Assembly (NCBI GenBank): GCA_963662465.1
Contig: OY759599.1
Location: forward strand, 2,240,001 to 2,304,000
Length of the DNA stretch: 64,000 nt
Source: Desulfatiglandales bacterium
GTDB lineage: Bacteria; Desulfobacterota; DSM-4660; Desulfatiglandales; Desulfatiglandaceae
Direction of reading: 5' to 3'
Under the pieces are notes generated by a model that saw only the letters and a list, made by a program, of their open reading frames with translations, was not told the origin of the DNA and ran no database searches. Shown in pieces: positions 51,118 to 59,888 of this stretch. The position numbers were made by a program, and so were the translations under genes. The stretch's first letter is position 1. Each line of letters starts with the position of its first letter.

Positions 51118-53020
51118 ATAGGGGTAGGAAAGAGCCTCTTGGCTCTCCCCTCCCTCCGAACCGTGCATGCGGTTCTCCCGCACACGGCTCTCCGGTCGAT
51201 AGTTTCCTCATCGGGATCGGCACGCTGCTAACCGGGCCTCATGCATAGTGAAAAGCCCGATTTTCGCGAAGTAGGCATTCGGCCAGCGGCGGTGGGCTTC
51301 AAGGCTTTTGCCCCAGCCCTTGCGTTTGTTACGACGTAATAATACGGCGCGTAAGCGTCGGCGGACAAACTTATCCACCGCCGCAAACTCAGTGCGGTAG
51401 GCGTGTTTGAAGTAACCAAACCAGCCTTCGAGCATGGGGTTCAGATCATCAATGATGCTTTCCATACTTCCGCTACGTTTGCGCCGGGTCTCTTCCCGGA
51501 TTTTATCACGAAGGGCTTTACGGCTTTTACTGCGTATCCAGCGCTTTCCTGCCTCAAACCGGTATCCCAGGAATTCAAATCCCTGACCCTTTTGTCGACA
51601 GTCGCCAAGATGCGTCTTGTCCGGGTGTAAGCTCAGGTCATTAGCCTGTACCCACTCCCGTACCTTTTGCAAAGCATTCTCCGCTTCCGTTTGACTGCGG
51701 CTGAGGATAACAAAGTCGTCCGCGTAACGCACCATCCGCATACCTGATTCCGCGATCAGGCTGTCAAGAGGATGCAGGTAAATATTCGCAAGCAAGGGGC
51801 TGACTACCGCCCCTTGTGGCGAACCACCCGTCGGTGTCCATCTTTCCAAGCCGTCCATCACGTCCTGTTTCAGGAACATTTGAATCAGATTGAGCAATTT
51901 GCCGTCGCTGATGCGCATTTCGACTTGTTGCATCAGCTTATCGTGCGGAATCGTATCAAAGTAACTTTTCAGGTCGGCGTCCAGTATGAAGGTGTAGCCT
52001 TCCTTAATAAGCGCGTCTACTTCTCGCAACGCGTCCTTGCAACCTCTTTGCGGCCTGAAGCCGTAACTCATCGGCAGAAATTCATGCTCGAATATGGGCT
52101 CCATAACCATTTTAACCGCTGCCTGCACTACCCGGTCTTTGACCGTGGGTATCCCCAGCGGGCGTTGTTTGCCGTCGCTTTTCGGAATGTATACCCGTTT
52201 TACCGCTTCCGGTCGGTACGTTCCCGCTTTCAAGGTTTCATGCAGTTCGGCAAGGTATTTCTCCGCCTGCTCCTTAAAGCGCTTTATGCTGATACGGTCT
52301 ATCCCTGCCGCTCCTTTATTGGCTTTGACACGTCCCCAAGCCGCTTCCAGCGTCGACAAGGCGAACACCTTATCCATCAAACTGTACCATTTACCACCTT
52401 TCACCCCGTTACCCAGGGCTGCCAACATACGTTCCGTCCACACCGATGCTTCCACCCAATCCCATCGGGTTTCTGCCTCGCGTTTAGTTGTTTCCAACAC
52501 TGCCGAGACTGCTTGATTTAGCTGCATCTATATGACCTTTCCGTATCTATCTTCCTATCCTCCTTCCCTCGGCACGGTTTTGCTATCCGCGCTTTTCACA
52601 ACCCGGTATCCGACGCAGGCGGCGGGTACTGGTCTCACGCCGTAAGCCTTGTTAGCAGGACCGTTCTGTCGCTACGGTACTATGAGGACTCTGACTCCTG
52701 CCTCCTGTCACCCCAAGAGACAGGTCTCCCTGCTTATCTCGCTTTACCTTCCAGTCATTCCGACCCCAAACATACCATGCCGTCAAACCATCGCTTTAAC
52801 CGCCATTACAGCGTGGTCTGTGAGTTTCAGGCTTCACCATGGAACGGTAGGCTCGCCACCACATGACACCGAATCGGGTTCGTCATCCTACGGACTGACT
52901 TTTCGCCTCCGGTTGCTCTCCACCCCGCCTCGCGGCGACGCAGTTACCTTCGGCTACGGAGCTATGGCATACTCCGGTACGGACTTTCACCGCACTGATA
53001 AAGCGCCTTCACAGGCGCAC
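51118..53020 (-). mobile_element. Group II intron
   Basis: 5' end GTGCG at 53020; domain V GAGCCGTGTGCGG...CCGCATGCACGGTTC with AGC triad; domain VI and 3' end CCCCTAT at 51118; RT ORF inside. Confidence 0.93.
51208..52527 (-). CDS. ltrA: Group II intron reverse transcriptase/maturase, no endonuclease domain
   Basis: GAAGID, RPLGIPTVKDR, SYGFRP, PQGAVVSPLLANIYL and YADD motifs. Confidence 0.96.
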   Translation of the reverse strand: MQLNQAVSAVLETTKREAETRWDWVEASVWTERMLAALGNGVKGGKWYSLMDKVFALSTLEAAWGRVKANKGAAGIDRISIKRFKEQAEKYLAELHETLKAGTYRPEAVKRVYIPKSDGKQRPLGIPTVKDRVVQAAVKMVMEPIFEHEFLPMSYGFRPQRGCKDALREVDALIKEGYTFILDADLKSYFDTIPHDKLMQQVEMRISDGKLLNLIQMFLKQDVMDGLERWTPTGGSPQGAVVSPLLANIYLHPLDSLIAESGMRMVRYADDFVILSRSQTEAENALQKVREWVQANDLSLHPDKTHLGDCRQKGQGFEFLGYRFEAGKRWIRSKSRKALRDKIREETRRKRSGSMESIIDDLNPMLEGWFGYFKHAYRTEFAAVDKFVRRRLRAVLLRRNKRKGWGKSLEAHRRWPNAYFAKIGLFTMHEARLAACRSR

Positions 53021-53168
53021 CGTTCCCATGCTCTGCGTGGGAACGGTTTTCGGACGCTCTGCGTCCCGGTTTGGAGCCCTAAGAAATGGGCATGTAGCGG
53101 TTCAAAAGACGAATCGTCGGACGCGGAAGCGTTCAAGGTAGGTTCCCCCGGTGGATTGTGGGGAGACG
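53021..53168. repeat. REP doublet (cgttcccaYgctctgcgtgggaacg family)
   Basis: Hairpin at 53021-53045 plus ggacgctctgcgtcc; degenerate inverted copy at ~53118-53168. Confidence 0.7.
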
Positions 53169-53179
53169 GCCAAGACCTA

Positions 53180-53539
53180 TTAAGCCCATTGATTATCAAT
53201 CAGGCTTTCATATGGGATGCCCATCCCGTGGTGCAACCTGAAAATCTGTTTCAGGGAAAGGGTTCTCTTGCGGCTTAAGACATCGCTAACCCTGCTTCTG
53301 GGGCCAAGGAACGTTTCCAGATCTTTGCGTTTCAAATCCAGCTGTTCCATTCTGAACAAAATGGCGTCAACCGGATCGGATGGGGGCATGGGATAATGTT
53401 TGTCTTCGTATGCCTCCACGAGTGTCATCAACACATCCAATTCGTCGCCATCAATTGTACCCATTTCAGATCCCCAAAGGTTTTCAATGCGTTTCAGCGC
53501 TTCACGATATGATTTGTCATCCCGAATCGGTTTAATCAT
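53180..53539 (-). CDS. higA: HigA-type HTH antitoxin
   Basis: LVEAYEDKHYPM...DPVDAI.FRMEQ and SRVSDVLSRKR motifs. Confidence 0.9.
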   Translation of the reverse strand: MIKPIRDDKSYREALKRIENLWGSEMGTIDGDELDVLMTLVEAYEDKHYPMPPSDPVDAILFRMEQLDLKRKDLETFLGPRSRVSDVLSRKRTLSLKQIFRLHHGMGIPYESLIDNQWA

Positions 53540-53844
53540 GTCTGTTGCACCTCCTTTACGTTTATGGCATCGTATTCATCATAGGTGCCGACAAACTTAA
53601 TGTACATGGCTTGCCTCGGGTAATCCATTGCACATACAATGCGATAGCCATTTCCTTTCACATTAAAAACGGCCCTGTCTTTTTCTACAAAAGAGACGTG
53701 GCGGAATGTGTTCTTCACATCCTGAGGCGTTGCCCAATCCTTTTTGACGCAAAAGTGGTACCACTCATTAAGCCAGGGCTTTGACTTCTCATTGCCTGCT
53801 TTTTCCCAGTATTGTCTAAGCCTGCTTTTTGCGATGATTCTCAT
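53536..53844 (-). CDS. higB: HigB-type toxin
   Basis: MRIIAKSRL, VFNVKGNGYRIV and FVGTYDEYD motifs. Confidence 0.9.
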   Translation of the reverse strand: MRIIAKSRLRQYWEKAGNEKSKPWLNEWYHFCVKKDWATPQDVKNTFRHVSFVEKDRAVFNVKGNGYRIVCAMDYPRQAMYIKFVGTYDEYDAINVKEVQQT

Positions 53845-53879
53845 TTGGATATTATAATGTTACCAATGTGGTAACGCAA

Positions 53880-54086
53880 CTTTTTTCCAGCTCCAACCCA
53901 GAAACCCTTTTTGATCTGATCAGCACCTCGCCCAGGCACAAAAGACATTTCATCTACAACCGCGGACATGCGCCCCTTCCCCGCGAACCCATGATGAAGG
54001 AGATTTTTGACTGGATGGATAGCTATCAAGGGCCGGTGGATTGCGGCGGAATAGCTGGGGTTGGGGTGTCGGTTGCGAGGAAGTAG
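53880..54086 (+). pseudogene. C-terminal remnant of an alpha/beta-hydrolase-like gene
   Basis: LFDLIST..RHKRHFIYNRGH...KEIFDWMDSYQGPV, with no credible start or RBS. Confidence 0.4.
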
Positions 54087-54612
54087 AAGAGACGCCTTTC
54101 CCCGGCGGAGGAGAATGCCGGAGAAAGGGAAGCAAAATTAAGGTCTTGGGTCCTGAATCATGATGCCGGCCAGAAATTGAACCAGAACATGATGTTCCGG
54201 GTGGCTTCGGGAAGGCTCATGTAAAGGGATTGAAACAAGGTTTTTACGTCGGCGGCTGTGTATTCTTCCGTGCCCATGCTGATATTTGGGACGGTTTGCG
54301 AGGCATCCCACAAAATCCGTTTGGGTCCGTTGGATGGGGTGGCCCATTCCTCATATCCGAGTCGGTCTTTGCCATATGCGAAAGAAGGTCAGGATCTTGG
54401 CTCCGGACCGTATCATGACGCTCCGCGAGACTGGGGATAGGTTTAAAATTCCTTAGCATTTCAATTTCGAGGAATTCATACAACCCACCTCCGGGACAAG
54501 GCTGAACGCATGTTCAGGGGTATGAAGATGAAGGGGAGGGAATAAAAGAGTAATGGTATCTCAAAAATGAATATTCTTTGACGTTGATCTCTGATTGCGA
54601 TATAGTTGCGGC

Positions 54613-54900
54613 ATGCATGTGATAACACGAAGACGGTTGCTGGAATTCAGCGAGAAATATTCGGATGCCGGTGAGCCTTTAGACCGCTGGTATCGAATTG
54701 TAAAACATACTGATTTTGCATCATTCACAGAGGTACGCAATACCTTTCCACAAGCGGATCGAGTGGGAAGATTAGTTGTTTTCGATATTGGCGGGAATAA
54801 GTATAGACTAATTACCTACATCCTTTATGCTCGGAAAAGAATTTATATCAGGGATATCTTGACCCATCCTGAATACGATAAAGGAAAATGGAAGGAATAA
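54613..54900 (+). CDS. higB: HigB-type toxin
   Basis: MHVITRRRL, VFDIGGNKYRLI and LTHPEYDKGKWK motifs. Confidence 0.92.
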   Translation: MHVITRRRLLEFSEKYSDAGEPLDRWYRIVKHTDFASFTEVRNTFPQADRVGRLVVFDIGGNKYRLITYILYARKRIYIRDILTHPEYDKGKWKE

Positions 54901-54903
54901 CCA

Positions 54904-55323
54904 ATGATTGCATTGGAACAAGAATTAAATGAAACCGTCAGAGTGTGGCCGGTGGCGTCAAAAGTTGTGTCGACCATCCGTACAAAAACCGATTACAATA
55001 AAATGGTCAATCTTTTGGATGTACTGATCGATTCCGTGAGTGAAAAATCAGACCCGGTCAAAGAATCATTGATTGATATACTGGGAACCTTGGTCAAGGA
55101 TTATGAGGATCGAAATATTCCAGAACCGGAAGGTGATCTAATCGGAAGTCTGAAGTATTTGATGGCTGAGCATGGGCTACAACAAAGGGATCTAAAGGAA
55201 ATTGGCAGTCAAGGCGTTGTATCGGAAATCTTAAACGGAAAACGAAAACTGAATATTAGACAAATCAAAGCATTGAGCAATCGGTTCCATGTGTCGCCTG
55301 CTGTCTTTATTGGGGAAGAGTAA
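54904..55323 (+). CDS. higA: HigA-type HTH antitoxin
   Basis: LMAEHGLQQRDL.EIGSQGVVSEILNGKRKLN. Confidence 0.92.
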   Translation: MIALEQELNETVRVWPVASKVVSTIRTKTDYNKMVNLLDVLIDSVSEKSDPVKESLIDILGTLVKDYEDRNIPEPEGDLIGSLKYLMAEHGLQQRDLKEIGSQGVVSEILNGKRKLNIRQIKALSNRFHVSPAVFIGEE

Positions 55324-55359
55324 CTGATACATTCTGACATTCCCGTCCCGTAAGGACAA

Positions 55360-55466
55360 GTGAAATCGCGACTGAGCTTCAAGGCAAGAGGGAAAGATGT
55401 CATAGAAGGTGGTGACAGGTATCACCTCCGGCAGGAAGCTTACGCTTATATGGCCCTTTCCAGGGC
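55360..55466 (+). pseudogene. Possible C-terminal remnant of a RAYT/IS200-like transposase
   Basis: VKSRLSFKARGKDVIEGGDRYHLRQEAYAYMAL resembles deltaproteobacterial RAYT tails (recalled from memory, unverified). Confidence 0.35.
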
Positions 55467-55491
55467 TACAGTCGCAAGCCGGGACAAAATG

Positions 55492-55643
55492 TTTGAACAC
55501 GATTTGAAAGATTAAATGATGGACAGGATTGCCATTGGCCGATGAAACGCAAACAAAGGGGTGTAAAGGGGTTTAAAGGAACTTGTCCTGACGTCGGATT
55601 CTAATCCTGTTCATCGCGTTTAATCCTGTGAATCGTGTTCAAA
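55492..55643. repeat. Long imperfect inverted-repeat element
   Basis: tttgaacacgatt...gatggacaggatt / aatcctgttcatc...aatcgtgttcaaa. Confidence 0.7.
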
Positions 55644-55884
55644 ACAGGAAGGATGCCACAAAACGTGATCATTTCCGTACAACAATCACAGGACCGTCAA
55701 CCGGGCAGCGGACCTGCAAAGCTCTCGACGTAAAACTCACGGCTGAAGCCGTACATGGGTAGGGTTTTTCTTCGATAAAACCGTGTCCGGGGAGCTGGTG
55801 AATCCCGAGAGACATCTGTTGAAGCCAAATGGTCATGCGGCTTTGACGGCGGCGATGGATCATCGTCCGTAGACTAAAGAATAA

Positions 55885-55950
55885 TCTCGCGCAAAGACGC
55901 AAAGGCGCAAAGAAAAAGACTATGTTTTAAAAACTTTGCTTGGCGCGAGA
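55885..55950. repeat. Palindromic cgcaaag-type repeat
   Basis: tctcgcgcaaagacgcaaaggcgcaaag...ctttgcttggcgcgaga. Confidence 0.65.
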
Positions 55951-56074
55951 AATAAAAAGAGGTCGTAAAAGGAAAAAACGACTGCGAAGAGCAAAAGGGG
56001 TGTTTGTACGGGGATTTTGGCCGGTACATTCTCATCGAACACAAAAGCAGGTTGTACAAACGCACGCAGCTGCT

Positions 56075-56100
56075 GTAGAGACAAGGCATGCCTTGTCTCT
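56075..56100. repeat. GTAG-family REP
   Basis: GTAG start overlapping the perfect palindrome agagacaaggcatgccttgtctct. Confidence 0.75.
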
Positions 56101-56175
56101 GGGGGGAGTTTCATGCTTGGAAACGAATGCATGGGGACAAAAATGCCAACCCCTTCAGCTTTCACCGCCCGCATT

Positions 56176-58140
56176 TTACCCTCTCAATTTAGCTTTGAAT
56201 TCCCTCCGGGCGTCGTTAATGGCGGAAAGGATCTCCCGCTTAAACTCATCCCGGTTGACGGCTTCTTCGAGTTTTATGAGCAGTTTATCCACAGAAACAC
56301 CCACAACAATCCCTCCGATGATGCCGCCGATAATCGCACCCCCGGCAGTGCCTACAAGAGGGATCACAGATCCTATGGCAGCGCCCGCTGCTGCACCTGC
56401 TCCCACACCACCGACAGATCCGGCGGTTTTGCTAACCACAACTTTTGTCAATGCCTTCGCGGCCAGTTTAACGACGTTTTTCCCCATGATCTTCGCAATG
56501 ATCTTTTTAATGACGACAGCAGTAACAACACCTGCGGCAGCCCCTGCGCCACCTGCGGTCACCAGTCTGGCTTGTGTTCCCATGAGTACAGGTGGCTCAG
56601 TTATATCCTTCAATGATACTTTTTGAACGATTTGGAATGAAGATCCCTCGGGATTCACACGATTTCTATCCATAATCTTTCCGATGGTCTGTTGGTAAGC
56701 CTGCCACGCATTTTTGTGGTTGGAAAGGGCATGATTGAAAGAAGCCTCCACTTCCTTAAACGCATCGCCTTGCTGCAAGCACTCTTCAAGTTTTTCGACC
56801 ATATAGCCTTCCAGTTCCCCTACCAGCAGATTCGCGATGCGGGAATATTCGCCCACCAGGCTGTAATACCAATCCAGATAGGCGTCCACATTGCCTTCCA
56901 GGCGGTCAAAGGCGCGGTCTGCCTGGCCCTCCAGGTGGACCAGCGACACTTCGACGGTGTGCAGGGCTTTAACCTTGGCTTTTTCAAGCTGCAGGATGGT
57001 GCCTTCTTTGAAAAATTCATCTCCGATTTTTTCGACCTTTTGAATAACCCAGGTTTCAGCGGTCTGCCTGGCTTCGGCCATTTCCGGGCTTTGCTGGACC
57101 CACGCCTCGATGTAACAGAAAAGGGGAAGGTAAATGAAGAGGGCCAGAAATGCCGTGACGGCGGAAATAGCGGCGATGCGAGAAAGCGAAACCGCATGTG
57201 GCCGGTCGGCATCGGAAAGGGGCCCGAACACACGGCGATATTCCACACCAGGGATGAGGAAACAGGAGAGGATTGCACAGGCGTTGTAGAAAACCACCAG
57301 GTTGACGATGCCAAGAAGTGCCAACTGCCAAAGCGCATCGAGAGCGCCAAGCTGTCCAAGGGAATATGCTTTCACCCCGTCGTAAAAGGCAAGATACTGG
57401 GAGACCTCCTGAACCAGGGCGCTCCCGGTCATGTCAGCCACCGCGGCCTTCTTGGCGTTAATGGCATCCGCAAGCGAAGGGTACACGGTTGCATCCCCGA
57501 AATAACCGGTCAAAACCACGTAGGCCAACAGCATGACCACAGGACACAGCCGCCGCGACCATGCAAGCGCCATGCTGGTAATCAGATAAGGTTTGATTTC
57601 ACGAGCGATGACTTTCCGAAGCTCTGAAAAAACCAACCAGAAAATAGGGATAACAAGAAAAAAGACACCCCATTCCAAGCGGTTATAGGTATGAAATTGA
57701 ACCAGCATGAAAAATGACGTGACCAGCGCCCAGCAAATCCAAAGGATAACCCTTAAGGGGCGACCTGAAAATAACTTGAAAAGCCGACCTCGGCCGGCAA
57801 AAATGTGCAACCTTCGGATTTGACGAATGGTATTGGCGTAAATCCCACACAGAGCGATGGGTACACTAAACAAAAAAACACTGAGGACCACAACCCAAAA
57901 ATGGTTCGTGGCAAATTGTGTGGCCATTACAAGGGTGAAGGCGCACCAAGCCATTGATTTAAGACAGAATGCTGTAAAACCAAAGGACTTGGTATCGGAA
58001 TGTGGTGTTCGGCTGTTGTCGAAATTCCGGCCGCCATCAGCATCGGTTGATTCAGGATCAACGATGATATAATGGGACTTTTCTGTTGCGGTTGGAATCC
58101 CAATCGGCTTTTGCGGTTTTTTCTCCTTACATATAAACAC
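56176..58140 (-). CDS. Multi-pass membrane protein with helical region and C-terminal glycine-zipper-like segment
   Basis: Long ORF, ~7 N-terminal TM helices, GAAAGAAIGSVIPLVGTAGGAIIGG; start uncertain. Confidence 0.75.
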   Translation of the reverse strand: MFICKEKKPQKPIGIPTATEKSHYIIVDPESTDADGGRNFDNSRTPHSDTKSFGFTAFCLKSMAWCAFTLVMATQFATNHFWVVVLSVFLFSVPIALCGIYANTIRQIRRLHIFAGRGRLFKLFSGRPLRVILWICWALVTSFFMLVQFHTYNRLEWGVFFLVIPIFWLVFSELRKVIAREIKPYLITSMALAWSRRLCPVVMLLAYVVLTGYFGDATVYPSLADAINAKKAAVADMTGSALVQEVSQYLAFYDGVKAYSLGQLGALDALWQLALLGIVNLVVFYNACAILSCFLIPGVEYRRVFGPLSDADRPHAVSLSRIAAISAVTAFLALFIYLPLFCYIEAWVQQSPEMAEARQTAETWVIQKVEKIGDEFFKEGTILQLEKAKVKALHTVEVSLVHLEGQADRAFDRLEGNVDAYLDWYYSLVGEYSRIANLLVGELEGYMVEKLEECLQQGDAFKEVEASFNHALSNHKNAWQAYQQTIGKIMDRNRVNPEGSSFQIVQKVSLKDITEPPVLMGTQARLVTAGGAGAAAGVVTAVVIKKIIAKIMGKNVVKLAAKALTKVVVSKTAGSVGGVGAGAAAGAAIGSVIPLVGTAGGAIIGGIIGGIVVGVSVDKLLIKLEEAVNRDEFKREILSAINDARREFKAKLRG

Positions 58141-58297
58141 AGTGCCTCCTTGATTTACCCATATTCTTGTGTCACAGATAAACCCACCTTAACACAGGTC
58201 TTTGTCAAATACGGTCACACCAAAGAAAGATTTTTTATTTTTTTTCAAAAAGATATCTCTGATAGAGCTAACAGCAACACCCGTGAATAAGTGCCAC

Positions 58298-58519
58298 TCA
58301 TGCTGCTTCCCGGCATAGGATTTCAATATCCTGGATAAAATTAGTACATTCCGACACCGGTCTTTTTACCGTATAGGGCGCATGTGCGATATCGATAACG
58401 CGGCGAGGACATAGAGCCATTAGCGCAACAACTCTGATTTGAGGGAATGCGCCATAGTCTCTTCCCGAGTTGTGTTTTCCAAATTTTTGCCGATTGCTTT
58501 CAGCGACCGACATCGTCAT
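58298..58519 (-). pseudogene. IS4-family transposase fragment
   Basis: NRQKFG...GAFPQIRVVALMAL...IDIAHAPY internal motif only. Confidence 0.65.
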
Positions 58520-58568
58520 AACTTAGGGTGCAATAAAAAAAAGTGACGCAGGCAGACCCAAACAGAAA

Positions 58569-58649
58569 GGCGGACACATAGATCCGCCCCTACGGGCATA
58601 TCGTGAATCAAAAGATGGGGTGGGTAGGGACAGACCTGTGTGTCCGCCC
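58569..58649. repeat. GTAG-family REP doublet
   Basis: ggcggacacatagatccgcccctac ... gtagggacagacctgtgtgtccgccc in inverted orientation. Confidence 0.75.
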
Positions 58650-58697
58650 GGTTGACGGTCCGGCGATTGTTGTGCGGAAATGATCACATTGTTCTAT

Positions 58698-59195
58698 TTA
58701 TTCGACCTCAAAAGCAATCCGTTCAGCAGTTTCCTCCTGACCCAGATTGCCGGCCTCAATGGTAATCCGAGCATATTTTTCGTACAGGCGCCGGCGCTCA
58801 TCAAACAACTCCCGAAAGGATTGCCCATCGGCTTTTGCGATTCCCCTTTGATCAAAATTCCGGATTCGCTTTTTCAAGGTTTCATAATCAACCTTTAAAA
58901 AGACCACTGTTGAGATGTCAACCAAATGCATCATGGCATCATGGCTGTAAACAGCGCTACCCCCTGTTGCAATGACATGCTTTTCCACATTTATCTTTAG
59001 GATTTCGAGGGACTCTATTAATCGCAGATTCATATGATCCGTTTCATCCATGATCCTTTGAAGCGACTTTTGTTGATTGACCTGGATTAACACGTCGGTA
59101 TCAATGAATCCATAAGACAAGACTTTAGCCAGAATGATGCCGATCGTACTTTTTCCGGCCCCGGGCATTCCGATAAGGGTTATGTTTGATTTCAT
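58698..59195 (-). CDS. aroK: Shikimate kinase
   Basis: LIGMPGAGKST, FIDTD, VIATGGS and ERRRLY motifs. Confidence 0.92.
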   Translation of the reverse strand: MKSNITLIGMPGAGKSTIGIILAKVLSYGFIDTDVLIQVNQQKSLQRIMDETDHMNLRLIESLEILKINVEKHVIATGGSAVYSHDAMMHLVDISTVVFLKVDYETLKKRIRNFDQRGIAKADGQSFRELFDERRRLYEKYARITIEAGNLGQEETAERIAFEVE

Positions 59196-59642
59196 TTTTT
59201 TCCTTCCCTCAATATCGTGAACAGAAAATCACGGGTTTCATAGCATATTGCCGATATTCACAAAATGAAAAAAACCAAGTTTCAGATTTTAGCATCACAC
59301 TAAATCTACACTTAACTTTACACTCTATTTTTCAATTAACTTACTGGATAACAGATGTATTTTTCAGCGGACCCAAAATATGAATCATCATTAGAGCAAC
59401 CCATGAAAGGACAAACGTCAAACACTACCATCACAAAATTTTACTAAATGTTCGACCATTTTGATTCTCAGAAAGCGCAATTCAGATCCCATCAATCAAC
59501 CTAAAGCAATACAAAATATTGTTTTTATGGCATATATTAATCATTCGCACTTTTCTGCATCCCATGGTTAAAAAGATTCACGAAAGAGAAGATCCCCCCC
59601 CTTATCAATAAAACGTTTTCAAAGGAAATCGTCAGGCCAGGG

Positions 59643-59698
59643 TGTAAAGCAGTGTAAAGTTTCCAGAGATTAGATGTAAAAAAAACCAGACCTTTACA
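59643..59698. promoter_or_regulatory. Putative enhancer-binding-protein sites
   Basis: TGTAAA at 59643, 59653 and 59675; TTTACA at 59693. Confidence 0.5.
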
Positions 59699-59765
59699 CT
59701 TAAAAAAAATAGACACCGTCAGCCTATTCTTTTTATTTCAAAAGGTTACATAGATTCTCCAATTT

Positions 59766-59781
59766 CGGCATGTTATTTGCT
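59766..59781 (+). promoter_or_regulatory. Sigma54 (-24/-12) promoter
   Basis: CGGCAT-GTTAT-TTGCT. Confidence 0.75.
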
Positions 59782-59888
59782 TAAACGATAGCGGCATAAG
59801 TTTCAGTCATTTTATTTTTTATGAGTTTGAGGACCAAACCCGAAATTACAGCAAGCAACAATTTATCGAGTAGAAAGGAGAATTTTTT

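Noticed and set aside
51208..52527. Retron, DGR or defence-associated RT
   Set aside because: Complete group II intron boundaries and domains V/VI surround the ORF; no template/variable repeat pair or msr-msd seen.
52649..53278. 209-aa ORF, and the 61-aa ORF at 50998-51183
   Set aside because: They are translations of intron RNA domains and REP sequence.
53021..58690. CRISPR array or integron attC array
   Set aside because: The repeats are heterogeneous and irregularly spaced; no cas or intI gene and no consistent RYYYAAC/GTTRRRY cores recognised.
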